From Clostridia bacterium (GTDB taxonomy: Bacteria; Bacillota; Clostridia; Christensenellales; QALW01): DNA of 64,000 nt. Numbering within the stretch: position 1 is the first letter of the stretch; each line of letters opens with the position of its first letter. The notes beneath the pieces are model-generated. The model was not told the DNA's origin, did no database searches, and saw nothing but the letters and a program-made list of their open reading frames with translations. The stretch covers positions 63,415-127,414 of the forward strand of contig JAFVVO010000019.1 of NCBI GenBank assembly GCA_017502165.1. Direction: 5' to 3'. The position numbers were made by a program, and so were the translations under genes. Shown in pieces: positions 19,157 to 29,123 of this stretch.

Positions 19157-20632
19157 TCAGCCCTCCAAATTGGTGAAGGGACTGAGTCTGAAAATAACCT
19201 TACCGATAACGTAATCCTTGCTGATAGGACCAAGCTCCTCGCTGTCGGTGGAGTTTCTTCTGTTGTCGCCTAAAACGTAAATGCAATCAACGGGAACGAT
19301 ATATTCCTCAATATCATTTCCGGGGGCCTTGATGTAATCTTCTTCAACAACCACGTCGTTAACGTAAAGAACGCCCTCGGTCACGCGGATTCTGTCACCG
19401 CCTAAGCCGATTACACGCTTAACGTACATATCGTTGTAGCCGGCGGTGTTGTATTCGCAGATTATAATGTCACCCCGTTCAACCTCGGAGAAATAATATG
19501 CGCATTTTGAAACAAAAAGCTTTTCACCCGTTGAAAGGGTGGGCATCATGCTGGGACCGTCAACCGTTGCAATTACGAAAACAAACATACGCAAGAAAAT
19601 TGCAATGGCTACCGCAAGAGTAATGGTTAACATCCAGCTTAAAACAGCTTTAACGGTGCGCGCTTTTTTAGGATTGCGGTTTGAGGGAAGCGAAAGTCTG
19701 TATCTGATGTGAGGACCGTTTTTGCCGGTAAACACGTAGGGAGTTTCAAAGGAAGCTAAAACGGGAGTATTCTTTATGTCCTCAAATTTAGTTAAGCCCG
19801 CAAAAACATCGTCATCTGCCTTGGAAACGGTAAATTCCGCTTCCTGATCAAGAATATTGTCCTCCAAGGCTTTCGTTGCCATTTCAACGTCGCTTTCGTC
19901 GGCAACCACTTCTTCAACAAAGAATTCCTCAATAACGGGCTCTGTATCCTCGATGATTTCATCGTCGCCAGGCTCCTTGAGGGTTTCGTCTTCAATAGTT
20001 TCCTCAACGAATTCGTCCTCGATAACTTCCTCAACAGTTTCGTTTTCGATTTCCTCTTCAATAGCGTCTTCGATGATTTCCTCTTCAACAGCGTCTTCAA
20101 CGGTTTTGTTTTCGATAGCGTCTTCAACGATTTCCTCTTCAATAGCTTCTTCAACAGTTTTGTTTTTGATAGCGTCTTCGATGATTTCCTCTTCAACAGT
20201 TTCCTCGATGATTTTGTCTTCGGTTGCTTCCGAAATAAGCTCTTCAGGAATGGGCTCTGTAATTTCCTCCTGCTCGGTTTCGGAGGGGACATATACGGTG
20301 TCCTCGTTTAAGTCCTTATGCAAATCGGGAGAAGTATCCTTTTCTGCTTTCTTTTGCTCTTCGGCTAATGCCGCCGTGGCTTCAACAAAGAATTCGTCGG
20401 AGGCTTCGTTGGCAAACAAAGAAAGCTGAGCACCCGAGAAGGACTCGTCCTCGTCAGCGTTTTTGTTCGAGGCTATAGCTACTGCTTCCTCCTGTGCAAA
20501 AACGTTAATGATAGAGAAATATTCTTCTTCCGAAGACGCCTCCTGGGCAACGCTTTCAGATAATTCGTCGCTATTTAAGCCTTGTTCACTTTCAAAATCA
20601 AACAAGTTGAAGGAATTGTTTTTCTTACCCAT
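19157..20632 (-). CDS. lepB: Signal peptidase I with a long acidic N-terminal extension
   Basis: GPSMMPTL, YVKRVIG, VLGDNRRNSTDS after a single TM; likely start MGKKNN at 20632. Confidence 0.88.
   Translation of the reverse strand: MGKKNNSFNLFDFESEQGLNSDELSESVAQEASSEEEYFSIINVFAQEEAVAIASNKNADEDESFSGAQLSLFANEASDEFFVEATAALAEEQKKAEKDTSPDLHKDLNEDTVYVPSETEQEEITEPIPEELISEATEDKIIEETVEEEIIEDAIKNKTVEEAIEEEIVEDAIENKTVEDAVEEEIIEDAIEEEIENETVEEVIEDEFVEETIEDETLKEPGDDEIIEDTEPVIEEFFVEEVVADESDVEMATKALEDNILDQEAEFTVSKADDDVFAGLTKFEDIKNTPVLASFETPYVFTGKNGPHIRYRLSLPSNRNPKKARTVKAVLSWMLTITLAVAIAIFLRMFVFVIATVDGPSMMPTLSTGEKLFVSKCAYYFSEVERGDIIICEYNTAGYNDMYVKRVIGLGGDRIRVTEGVLYVNDVVVEEDYIKAPGNDIEEYIVPVDCIYVLGDNRRNSTDSEELGPISKDYVIGKVIFRLSPFTNLEG
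19960..20225 (-). repeat. Degenerate intragenic repeats encoding an acidic tract
   Basis: EEEIIEDAIKNKTVEEAI / EEEIVEDAIENKTVEDAV / EEEIIEDAI; recurrent DNA unit TCTTCGATGATTTCCTCTTCAA. Confidence 0.8.
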
Positions 20633-20633
20633 T

Positions 20634-20822
20634 TTAATCTTCTGCCTTAATAATATTTTTTGTTCTTTTTTTGCATTCCTCACGGTCCAGCATAATCAAA
20701 CGGCCGCAGCCTAAGCATTTGAGCTTTATGTCTGCTCCGGAACGAACACAGGACCATTCGTTACTTCCGCAAGGGTGAGGCTTGCGAGTTATAACCGTGT
20801 CACCTACGTTTATTTCAAACAT
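20634..20822 (-). CDS. DUF951-family protein
   Basis: VGDTVITRKPHPCGSNEW..RSGADIKLKCLGCGR. Confidence 0.9.
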   Translation of the reverse strand: MFEINVGDTVITRKPHPCGSNEWSCVRSGADIKLKCLGCGRLIMLDREECKKRTKNIIKAED

Positions 20823-20906
20823 ATTTCCACCAAAAATAAAATTTATTTATATATTATACTTTATAAAACGAAAAAGTTCAATCAAAAAATACAAAATATC
20901 AAAACG

Positions 20907-22736
20907 CTACTGTAATTTTGCAAGACGCTCAATGGCGGCGGCAAACATTTTTGCGCTGATACGTAAATCCTCGATAAAAATGCTTTCGTTAGACTGATGC
21001 GCCATATGAGGACGGTCTAAAAATTGCACGCCGAAGGCAACCGCTTTTCCGGGGAAGGCTCTTGCGTACGTTCCGCCGCCGATAGCAAGGGGCTGATCGT
21101 CACGGTTTGTATATTCTCTGTAAACGTCCATAAGCGTGCTTACCAAGGGAGAATCTGCGTCAACGTGGTGGGGAGGCTGAGAATGTTCAACCTCAAAATC
21201 CCAGGAGTGAGGCAGGGCAGACTGCAAAAGTGCTGAAATATCGGCAAAGGAATAGGTAACGGGATAGCGGATATCAATAACGATTTTGCAATCATCGTCG
21301 TTCATTTCGGGGTAAAGCGGGTTTTTACCAATAAAGCACATACCGAGGTTCAAGGTCAAGGGACCTGAAATATCGTCGTAAAGCTTAAGGTTTGCGCCTT
21401 TTCCGTCGGTAGAATCAACAAAAATACTCATAACATCTTTAACGAATTTTCCCTGGCTGTCCTTTAAGTCTAAAGCGTCAAGCACCTTAAAAAGCTGGAA
21501 GAATGCGTTTACGCCCTCTTCGGGAGTTGAACCGTGGGCAGAAACACCAAGGGAAGTAAGTTCCAGAACGTTTCCGTTAATGGTATAGGCAACGTTTCGC
21601 TCATCAAGGAAAAGGGAATCTAACTTGTCCGCAAATTTTTCAACATCACCGATAACGGTGGCAGTTGCTTTGTCGGGCACCATATTAGGTCGCATTCCGC
21701 CCTGAACGTAAAGCTGATATTCACCTTCTTCAAGGTTGGTATTAATTTCAAAGAAGCCCATACCCTTTTCGGTAATAATAACGGGATATTCGCCGTCGGG
21801 AGTAAAAGCTAAATCGGGAGACTCCTCTGATTCAACGTATTTGTCCATACAAGCCCAGCCGCTCTCCTCGTCACAACCGAAAATAAGACGGATTCTGCAA
21901 GGGATTTCACCAAGAGATTCCTTAACTGCCGCAACCGAATAAATGGCGGCAACGCAGGGTCCCTTATCGTCAATGGCGCCTCGGCCGAAAATTTCTTCGT
22001 CGGTAATAACAGCAGTAAAGGGGTCAGTACTCCAACCGTCAGAGGCAGGAACAACGTCAAGATGGCAAAGAATACCGATAAGTTTTTCGCCTTCACCGAT
22101 TTCAGCCCAACCGCAGTAATTATCAACATTTTTCGTTCTCATACCGAATCTTTCGCAAAGCTTTAAGGTTTCCTCAAGAGCCTTTGCGCAGGGCTCGCCA
22201 AAGGGCATATTATCCTTTGGCTCAGCTTTAACAGAAGGAATAGCAATAAGCTTCTGCAAATCAATCAGCATTGAGTCAAAATTGCTTTCAATAAAAGCAT
22301 CGGTTTTGCGGGTGCATTTAAGATATGCCAGCATATTTTCGTTAAGAGCAAGGGAATATTTTTTACCGTTTGCAAAAACCGTACAGGCTTTTTGTCCATA
22401 TGGATACAAGCGCTTGCCGCAGGCGGAAGCCTCGATTTTTTCTACCGAGCCCTTGTCGATTTTAATCTGTTTAATGCAACGGGAGCCTGATTTTTGTTCA
22501 ATTGACAAAACGTCACCGTCAAAGGAATATTCGTAGGAGCAAAAAAGAGGCTTTAACACAAAATATCCGATTAAGAATAGTGCAAGGAAGCTTCCCGCAG
22601 TCCAAACGGTAGGATTGGAAAAGGATAAAAGAGTAAAGCCGATAAAAGCGCCCATAACGGCAACAATTAAAAGAATAATTAAAGCAAGCGCTTTAATAAA
22701 GCCTAAGGACTTTGGTTTGCAGGTTTGGTTAAGCAT
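20907..22736 (-). CDS. pepV: M20 dipeptidase PepV fused to an N-terminal 2-TM membrane domain
   Basis: CHLDVVPA, GRGAIDDKGP, GCDEESG, FTPD, HGSTPEEG, GGGTYAR, HQSNE; extra ~140 aa N-terminus with 2 TM and YEYSF. Confidence 0.85.
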   Translation of the reverse strand: MLNQTCKPKSLGFIKALALIILLIVAVMGAFIGFTLLSFSNPTVWTAGSFLALFLIGYFVLKPLFCSYEYSFDGDVLSIEQKSGSRCIKQIKIDKGSVEKIEASACGKRLYPYGQKACTVFANGKKYSLALNENMLAYLKCTRKTDAFIESNFDSMLIDLQKLIAIPSVKAEPKDNMPFGEPCAKALEETLKLCERFGMRTKNVDNYCGWAEIGEGEKLIGILCHLDVVPASDGWSTDPFTAVITDEEIFGRGAIDDKGPCVAAIYSVAAVKESLGEIPCRIRLIFGCDEESGWACMDKYVESEESPDLAFTPDGEYPVIITEKGMGFFEINTNLEEGEYQLYVQGGMRPNMVPDKATATVIGDVEKFADKLDSLFLDERNVAYTINGNVLELTSLGVSAHGSTPEEGVNAFFQLFKVLDALDLKDSQGKFVKDVMSIFVDSTDGKGANLKLYDDISGPLTLNLGMCFIGKNPLYPEMNDDDCKIVIDIRYPVTYSFADISALLQSALPHSWDFEVEHSQPPHHVDADSPLVSTLMDVYREYTNRDDQPLAIGGGTYARAFPGKAVAFGVQFLDRPHMAHQSNESIFIEDLRISAKMFAAAIERLAKLQ

Positions 22737-22739
22737 TTT

Positions 22740-23327
22740 TTATTCCTCCGTAATTAATGATTTCAAAAATTCTCGTGCTTCAGGGGTATGGTCACCCTGA
22801 GTCAGCACCGCATAAACGTCGCTTTGAAGGGATATAAGAGTTGCTCCCGTGTCTGTTACGGGAAGATTTTTAACCGGCAGCGCATAAAGAACGCCGTCTT
22901 TATAGCAGCACTCCTCAAATGTGCCTTCTATCTCCAGCGGAACGGCACTTTTAATTGAGTAAACGGTTTCGAGCAGATTTTTATTTACGAAAACAATTTC
23001 GGTGTTTTTGCTTTGAACAAGGAACTGTACGTAGTCGGCAAAGGTGTAATTTTCAATGGTTTGAACAAACTCGGTGGCGTCGGCATAATCAAGGGCGGAA
23101 ATTCCCACGTGCTTAACTTGCGTAACGTTCTTAACGTGCTTTTCCATCTGAGGATTACTCTCCGACGAAAGCACCGAATCAATCAAAATGATTTCAATAC
23201 CGTCCTTTGCGGAATTAAGCTGAGAAACCACGTCGTGCACGGTGGAGGACACCACGAAAACCGCAAAAATCAAAACTAATATTATGCTCCAGGAATGGTA
23301 GAGAGCGTATTTTAATTTTTCTATCAT
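22740..23327 (-). CDS. Membrane-anchored hypothetical protein, SBP-like fragment
   Basis: N-terminal TM; VPLE..GVLYALPV..VYAVL..EAREFLKSL; resembles its neighbour. Confidence 0.6.
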   Translation of the reverse strand: MIEKLKYALYHSWSIILVLIFAVFVVSSTVHDVVSQLNSAKDGIEIILIDSVLSSESNPQMEKHVKNVTQVKHVGISALDYADATEFVQTIENYTFADYVQFLVQSKNTEIVFVNKNLLETVYSIKSAVPLEIEGTFEECCYKDGVLYALPVKNLPVTDTGATLISLQSDVYAVLTQGDHTPEAREFLKSLITEE

Positions 23328-23989
23328 ATATTATCTCCAACGATTGCTTTCAATACTTGCTTTGAGTCTTCTATCCTTTTTGAGCCCTTGTAAATAACGG
23401 CAATAACCCGCGCATCAAGGGAAATTCCATCTAAAGCGAAGGTATCTTCTTCTGCAGGCATAATAGGCAAAGGCTGACCTAAGCCTACAAATTCTGAGGT
23501 GCCTAAGTTAATAAGACCTTCTGTTTTACAGCTTGTTACGTCAATACCGTAGATGTTGCCGTCGGAGGCGCATATTCCTTCGGAAAATGTGTCGTCAAGA
23601 GGCACAAGCATATTGTTTTTAAGAAGCACGGAATAAAATATTTCGTTATCTACCAGCAGAATATCACCTTGGGAAGCGCCAAGACGGGTGGCAATCTGTG
23701 ACCAGCCGCTTTGTCCTTGGGTAATAGTAATCTGCTCGTTGCCCACCTGATTTGATAGATAAACGGACACCTCAAAATCGGGAACGGCGGGGAATTGTTT
23801 TTTTAATTCTTCCGCCCATTTTTCACCGTCGGCACCGGCAATATTAGTTTGGTACGCCAAAATAATCAGTCTGTCACGAAAGGCGTAAAGATAATTCTGC
23901 CTTAAAAAGAATATTCCCGTTGTAATGCAAACGGTAAGAATAAGGCAGATGGCAGTCACAAATATTCGTTTTTTAACGTTATTTTCCAT
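23324..23989 (-). CDS. Membrane-anchored hypothetical protein, SBP-like fragment
   Basis: N-terminal TM; GDILLVD..LVPLDD..GNIYGIDV..VIAVI..KQVLKAI. Confidence 0.6.
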   Translation of the reverse strand: MENNVKKRIFVTAICLILTVCITTGIFFLRQNYLYAFRDRLIILAYQTNIAGADGEKWAEELKKQFPAVPDFEVSVYLSNQVGNEQITITQGQSGWSQIATRLGASQGDILLVDNEIFYSVLLKNNMLVPLDDTFSEGICASDGNIYGIDVTSCKTEGLINLGTSEFVGLGQPLPIMPAEEDTFALDGISLDARVIAVIYKGSKRIEDSKQVLKAIVGDNI

Positions 23990-24110
23990 ATTTCACACCT
24001 AAAAATATTCGGTATCAGACCGTACTAAATATAATTATACTATATTATTTGATTTATGTACATAAAAATTTTAGTGAAATTCTGCAATAACTTTCCCTGC
24101 TTGGAAAAAC

Positions 24111-24147
24111 AAAAAGAACCTGCCGAAATTTTCAGCAGATTCTTTTT
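24111..24147 (-). terminator. Terminator after rmuC
   Basis: AAAAAGAACCTGC...GCAGATTCTTTTT imperfect stem. Confidence 0.6.
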
Positions 24148-24159
24148 TACTTGTGATTA

Positions 24160-25422
24160 TCAGTCTTCCTCGGGAAGAAATACGATTTCCTCGTCAGCAG
24201 GGGCCAGGGAGTCAGCCTTGCCTAAAAGGGTATCTATTCTGTAGCAACGCTTCGTAGCCTCTTCAATGTTGCTTGATGCGGAATCAAGCTTCTTTCTCGT
24301 CTGCTCCAAAAGCTCGGCAAACTTACCGAAATTCTTCTTAAAGCTCGCCAAAAGCTTGGTGATTTCGCTTGTTCTCTTTTGAATTGCCAGGGTCTTAAAT
24401 CCAAGCTGAAGGCTGTTCAGGAACGCTCCTATGGTGGTAGGACCTGCAACCGTTACGCGCATTTCTCTTTGTAAAACTTCACAAAGACCGCTTTTACGGG
24501 CAACTTCGGCATAAAGACCTTCGCTGGGAAGGTACATAATCGCAAAGTCGGTGGTGTGGGGAGGGTCAATGTATTTATCGCGAATAGTCTTTGCGCAAAG
24601 CTTAATGGTAGCCTCAAGGCTTTTGCTTGCGCTTTCAATTGCGGCGGTGTCACCTGCCTCCGAAGCATCGCAAAGGCGCTGATACTCTTCAATGGGAAAT
24701 TTACAGTCAATGGGAAGATACACAATATCGTTGTTTTCGTTGTTAGGCAGGCAAATGCAAAACTCGACGATATTATTCTTTCTCGGGTTGGGCTTAACGT
24801 TGCGCTTGTACTGCTCCGGTGAAAGCACCTGAGAAAGCAGATTGTCAAGGGCAACTTCGCCCCAGGTACCGCGGACTTTAACGTTGGTAAGGGCACTTTT
24901 AAGGTCACCGACGCTTGAAGCAAGGGTCTGCATTTCACCAAGGCCTTTATAAACGCTTTCAAGCTGCTTGCCAACGGTTTCAAAGCTTTCGGTAAGACGC
25001 TTTTCCAAGGTAGAAGAAAGCTTTTCATCAACAGTTTCACGCATCTTTTCAAGTTTTTCGGCGTTATCGGTCTGAATAGAGCGAAGGTTATTCTCCATGC
25101 TTCTGCGCATCTCGTCAAGCTGACGGCGCTCCGCCTCGGCATTTTCGCGCATTGAAGCAGAAAACTCCTTCATTTGATTTTGAAGCTGAGTAATTTGCTG
25201 ATTTACCGTAGTGTTTACTGCGGAATTATATGAGGCGAGAGTTGCGTTTATTTCCTTTCGAAGCTCGCTGTTTTGCTGAAGCAACAAATTTTTAAGTGCC
25301 TCGTTTTCTTTTCGCAGGTCCTCCTTTAATTCACCGCTGTCCTTGTTTTTGTTAAGAGCAACTAAAACAACTACTAAAAGTGCGGCTATAACGGCAATTC
25401 CTGCTAAAATTGCGTATTCCAT
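24160..25422 (-). CDS. rmuC: DNA recombination protein RmuC
   Basis: TM plus coiled coil; RGTWGEV, LPIDCKFP, TTDFAIMYLPSEGLYAE, GPTT. Confidence 0.93.
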   Translation of the reverse strand: MEYAILAGIAVIAALLVVVLVALNKNKDSGELKEDLRKENEALKNLLLQQNSELRKEINATLASYNSAVNTTVNQQITQLQNQMKEFSASMRENAEAERRQLDEMRRSMENNLRSIQTDNAEKLEKMRETVDEKLSSTLEKRLTESFETVGKQLESVYKGLGEMQTLASSVGDLKSALTNVKVRGTWGEVALDNLLSQVLSPEQYKRNVKPNPRKNNIVEFCICLPNNENNDIVYLPIDCKFPIEEYQRLCDASEAGDTAAIESASKSLEATIKLCAKTIRDKYIDPPHTTDFAIMYLPSEGLYAEVARKSGLCEVLQREMRVTVAGPTTIGAFLNSLQLGFKTLAIQKRTSEITKLLASFKKNFGKFAELLEQTRKKLDSASSNIEEATKRCYRIDTLLGKADSLAPADEEIVFLPEED

Positions 25423-25431
25423 AAATTCCTC

Positions 25432-27231
25432 CTATTTATTTGAAAGGGCGTTATACTGGCTCATATTAAGCTCGTAATAAATACCCTTTTTCTTCATAAG
25501 CTCTTCGTGGGTGCCCTCTTCAGCGATTCCTTTATTACAAATGCACATTATTTTGTCGGCGTTTTTGATTGTAGAAAGTCTATGGGCAATAACGAAGCTT
25601 GTTCTGCCCGAAAGCACTTCCTTCAACGCCTTTTGAACAAGCAGCTCGGTCTGAGTATCAATGTTACTGGTAGCTTCATCTAAAATAAGTATTTTAGGAT
25701 CTGTTAAAATTACGCGAGCAAATGAAAGCAACTGTCTTTCGCCGGAAGAAAGACTTGTCCCACGTTCATCAAGATGAGTGTAGTAGCCGTTGGGCAGTTT
25801 TTTGATAAAATCTGCAGCATAAACTTTTTCTGCGGCTAAGATACATTCTTCGTCCGTAGCCTCAGGCCTGCCGTAACGGATATTATCAATAACGGTACCT
25901 GAGAAAATAAATGAATCCTGCATCATAACGCCAACCTGGGTGCGAAGCGATGAAAGCGTAACGTCCTTAACATTATGCCCGTCGATTAAAACGCTTCCTG
26001 CTGAAACGTCATAAAACCTTGAAAGCAGGTTAACCACGGTGGTTTTTCCTGCACCCGTGGGACCTACAAAGGCGGCCATTTCACCGGGGGCAACGGAAAA
26101 GGAAACGTTTTCTAAGATATTTTCGCTTCCGTCGTAGGAGAATGTAACGTTTTTGTATTCCACGCACCCCGAAATCTGAGGCAGGGGATAGGCGTCGGGG
26201 GCATCCTTGATGTCTGCAGGAGTATCCATCGTTTCAAAAACCTTTTCAATATTGCCTGTTGCCTCACTGAATTGGTTAAATATAAGCATAAATGACGAAA
26301 TAGGTTGCCAGAAACGAGTTAAATAGGCGCAAAATGCGGTTAAAGCTCCAAGAGTCATGGTGCCCTGCTCGATGTTTCCTATGGAAACGTAATAAACTAA
26401 AATGATGCTGATGGCAGAGAAAATATCTACTGCGGGGATAATTGAGGTTGCGGAGAGATGCTGCTTGAAATAAACGTTGTTAACTTCGCCGTCAAGGCGG
26501 TCAAGCTCTGAAAGATTTTCATCCTTTCGGTTAAAGGCTTGAGTAATTGTAACGCCCATAATGTTTTCGTGAATGTAAGCGGTGCGGTTACTTGCCTTCG
26601 TGCGCAAAAGTCGGGCAAATTTAGCAATCAGCAGGCGCATAAACATAATGAAGATGATTAGCGGAAGTAACACTGAAAAGCTTAATAAGAATAAGCGCCA
26701 GTTAAGTGAAACAAGAATTACGATTATACAAACGAGCGTAAAGAAATCAACAAACAACTGTATAAGAGAAGATGAAAGCAAGCCTGCAAGACCGTCAATA
26801 TAGCTTGTAACACGTACTAAAATTTTTCCTGCAGGGCGGTCATCGAAGAATTTGAAGGAGAGAGTCTGCAGATGCGCGAAAATTTCGTTTCGTATGTCGT
26901 TAATTGAGTTGTGCCCTAATTTTGAAATGGTGCGAACTCGAAGGGAGGACAGAAAAACGTTCAAAATCAGCATTACACCTGCGGAAATAACCACCGTAAG
27001 CATAACGGCAGTATTATTGTAAAAGCTACCCTCAGGTGCAAGAACATCGTCAATTATCCATTGAGTAATCAAGGGCCAAAGAAGAGAAATAAGTACGTTT
27101 ACCACTAAAAGACAGATTCCCCCAAGGAAAAGCTTGTTGTAGGGAAGCATATACTTAAATAACCGCTTAAGCAGTGACGTGCTTATTTTTACGGTATCCT
27201 TTTCGTCGTCAGAATATCTGTTGCGTGCCAT
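25432..27231 (-). CDS. Heterodimeric ABC exporter subunit
   Basis: GPTGAGKT, LSSGERQ, ILDEATS. Confidence 0.92.
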   Translation of the reverse strand: MARNRYSDDEKDTVKISTSLLKRLFKYMLPYNKLFLGGICLLVVNVLISLLWPLITQWIIDDVLAPEGSFYNNTAVMLTVVISAGVMLILNVFLSSLRVRTISKLGHNSINDIRNEIFAHLQTLSFKFFDDRPAGKILVRVTSYIDGLAGLLSSSLIQLFVDFFTLVCIIVILVSLNWRLFLLSFSVLLPLIIFIMFMRLLIAKFARLLRTKASNRTAYIHENIMGVTITQAFNRKDENLSELDRLDGEVNNVYFKQHLSATSIIPAVDIFSAISIILVYYVSIGNIEQGTMTLGALTAFCAYLTRFWQPISSFMLIFNQFSEATGNIEKVFETMDTPADIKDAPDAYPLPQISGCVEYKNVTFSYDGSENILENVSFSVAPGEMAAFVGPTGAGKTTVVNLLSRFYDVSAGSVLIDGHNVKDVTLSSLRTQVGVMMQDSFIFSGTVIDNIRYGRPEATDEECILAAEKVYAADFIKKLPNGYYTHLDERGTSLSSGERQLLSFARVILTDPKILILDEATSNIDTQTELLVQKALKEVLSGRTSFVIAHRLSTIKNADKIMCICNKGIAEEGTHEELMKKKGIYYELNMSQYNALSNK

Positions 27232-27246
27232 AAAATCACCCCCGCT

Positions 27247-29040
27247 CTAAATGGAGTTGAGAATATTGGAATATTGCTCTGAATAAATCTCAAAATACTT
27301 CTGTTTCATAGCAACCAACTCCTCGTGAGTGCCACGCTCTACAATTTTGCCCCGGTCTAAAACTATAATTTCGTCACAGTTCATTACCGAGGAAATTCTG
27401 TGGGCAATAATTATCTTCGTTTTGTTGGGGAAGCTTTCGTTTAAGGCGCTGTAGAGCCTTTTTTCAGTCTCCATATCAAGAGCGCTTGTAGCATCGTCGA
27501 AAATCATAACGGGAGAGTCAAACAATAAGGCTCTCGCAATGGAAATTCTCTGCTTTTGTCCTCCCGAAAGTCCCATTCCGCGCTCACCAATAATTGTATC
27601 GTATCCATCAGGTGTATCCATTATAAAACTGTGTGCTTGCGCTATTTCTGCACACTTGCGCACATCATCAATCGTCGCGTTTGAACGGCCGTACGCTATG
27701 TTTTTTGCTATTGTTTCGGAAAAGAGAAAAACGTCTTGGGGAACAAGGGCAAAGCAGGCGCGCAAATCGGGAAGATAAAGGTCCTGCACGTTGTTGGAAT
27801 TAATATAAACACCGCCTGAGGTAACGTCGTAAAACCTTGTAATAAGGTTCGTTAAAAAGGATTTTCCGCTACCGGTTTTGCCGATTATACCAAGGGATTT
27901 TCCCTGAGGAATATCAATGTTGATATTCTCTAATATGGGGGTTCCCGCAATGGAAATGCTTGCATCTTTAAGTTGAATATGTACGGAATCTTTTTTCACA
28001 TTCTTAGCATTGGGCTTAGAGGATACGGTTGAGCCCATTTCCAAAAAGTGAAGCACCTTCTGGCTGCTTACAACGACCTGCTGAGCGGCGCTGACCCAGT
28101 TGGTCATTTGCTCAAAGGGCAGAAGAATGTAAGCAAGATATCCGCTGAAGGCAACGAATTCCGCAATAGTCATAACAAGAGAGGGATTTTCCACACTTAA
28201 GTTCGCGTTTATAACGAAGATTGCGCCTATGGCGGTAAGCAGCACGTTGGGTAAAACGCTGATAATACCTACCGGAACGTAGTTCTTACTCCACAGCTTC
28301 ATTGTATTTATGCCGTGAAGACGGTAATCGTTACTTTTTTGAGCAAATTTTTCAGTTTCTGCCTTTTCTTGTGCAAAGGATTTAACAACGCGGATGCCGT
28401 TTATGTTTTCCTGAGCGAAGGAATTAAGGCTTGCGCTTGCTTCACGCACAAGACTGTACTGTCGGCGGAAGGAGGAGCCGCTTCGTTTTGTAAAAAACAT
28501 AAGGGGAAGTGCGAAAATATAGGCGCCCAGCATCATAAAAGGGTTCATTTGCCAAATCATTACGCTTGCAAAAATGAAGCCTAACAGAGACTCAATAATA
28601 GAGGGGAGCGTTACGAAATAGAATTGCTTTATCATTTCGGTGTCGTGGTTGATAACGGTCAGAAAATTACCCGTATTTTCGCCGCGGATAAACTCCTGCG
28701 ACTGTTTCAGGAAGCAATCGAAAACGTCTCTGCGTAATTTGCAGGCAATTTTTGCCGAAAAAACAGTCATCATATAAGAACGCCCGTAGGAAACTCCCTG
28801 CCGAATAAGCACTATCAAAAGCCAGGAGACCGCAAGAACAACAAAAAGCTGTTTTTTATCGGCGGGAATAAAACCCAAAAGTGAAAAAGGAGTATCGCCG
28901 ATTACCGAAGCTGTTATGTGCTTGGTTATTTGAGGAAGCAACATAGCAAGGAGAACCGTAATGATTCCCATCAGCAGATACAGTAACGTGACACCCATAT
29001 AAGGCTTAAAATAGGGGAAAAGCTTTTTCAGTGTTGACAT
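27247..29040 (-). CDS. Heterodimeric ABC exporter subunit (degenerate Walker B)
   Basis: Start MSTLKK at 29040 after GGAGGTG; GKTGSGKS, LSGGQKQR, IFDDATS. Confidence 0.92.
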   Translation of the reverse strand: MSTLKKLFPYFKPYMGVTLLYLLMGIITVLLAMLLPQITKHITASVIGDTPFSLLGFIPADKKQLFVVLAVSWLLIVLIRQGVSYGRSYMMTVFSAKIACKLRRDVFDCFLKQSQEFIRGENTGNFLTVINHDTEMIKQFYFVTLPSIIESLLGFIFASVMIWQMNPFMMLGAYIFALPLMFFTKRSGSSFRRQYSLVREASASLNSFAQENINGIRVVKSFAQEKAETEKFAQKSNDYRLHGINTMKLWSKNYVPVGIISVLPNVLLTAIGAIFVINANLSVENPSLVMTIAEFVAFSGYLAYILLPFEQMTNWVSAAQQVVVSSQKVLHFLEMGSTVSSKPNAKNVKKDSVHIQLKDASISIAGTPILENINIDIPQGKSLGIIGKTGSGKSFLTNLITRFYDVTSGGVYINSNNVQDLYLPDLRACFALVPQDVFLFSETIAKNIAYGRSNATIDDVRKCAEIAQAHSFIMDTPDGYDTIIGERGMGLSGGQKQRISIARALLFDSPVMIFDDATSALDMETEKRLYSALNESFPNKTKIIIAHRISSVMNCDEIIVLDRGKIVERGTHEELVAMKQKYFEIYSEQYSNILNSI

Positions 29041-29094
29041 ATAAACACCTCCCACAAACCAAGGGGGAATTTTGAACAAGATTTGTTCTCGTTA

Positions 29095-29123
29095 ATATTA
29101 CAATAAACAAAATGGGATGTCAA
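29095..29123 (-). promoter_or_regulatory. Sigma-A promoter for the ABC exporter pair
   Basis: TTGACA-N17-TAATAT. Confidence 0.6.

Noticed and set aside
19792-20429. Ser-rich (+) and Lys-rich (-) ORFs of 190 and 166 aa
   Set aside because: Antisense and frameshifted shadows of the acidic repeats in lepB.
24453-25142. 229-aa alternative-frame ORF within rmuC, and similar shadow ORFs elsewhere
   Set aside because: No RBS or recognisable motifs; explained by codon bias of the host gene.
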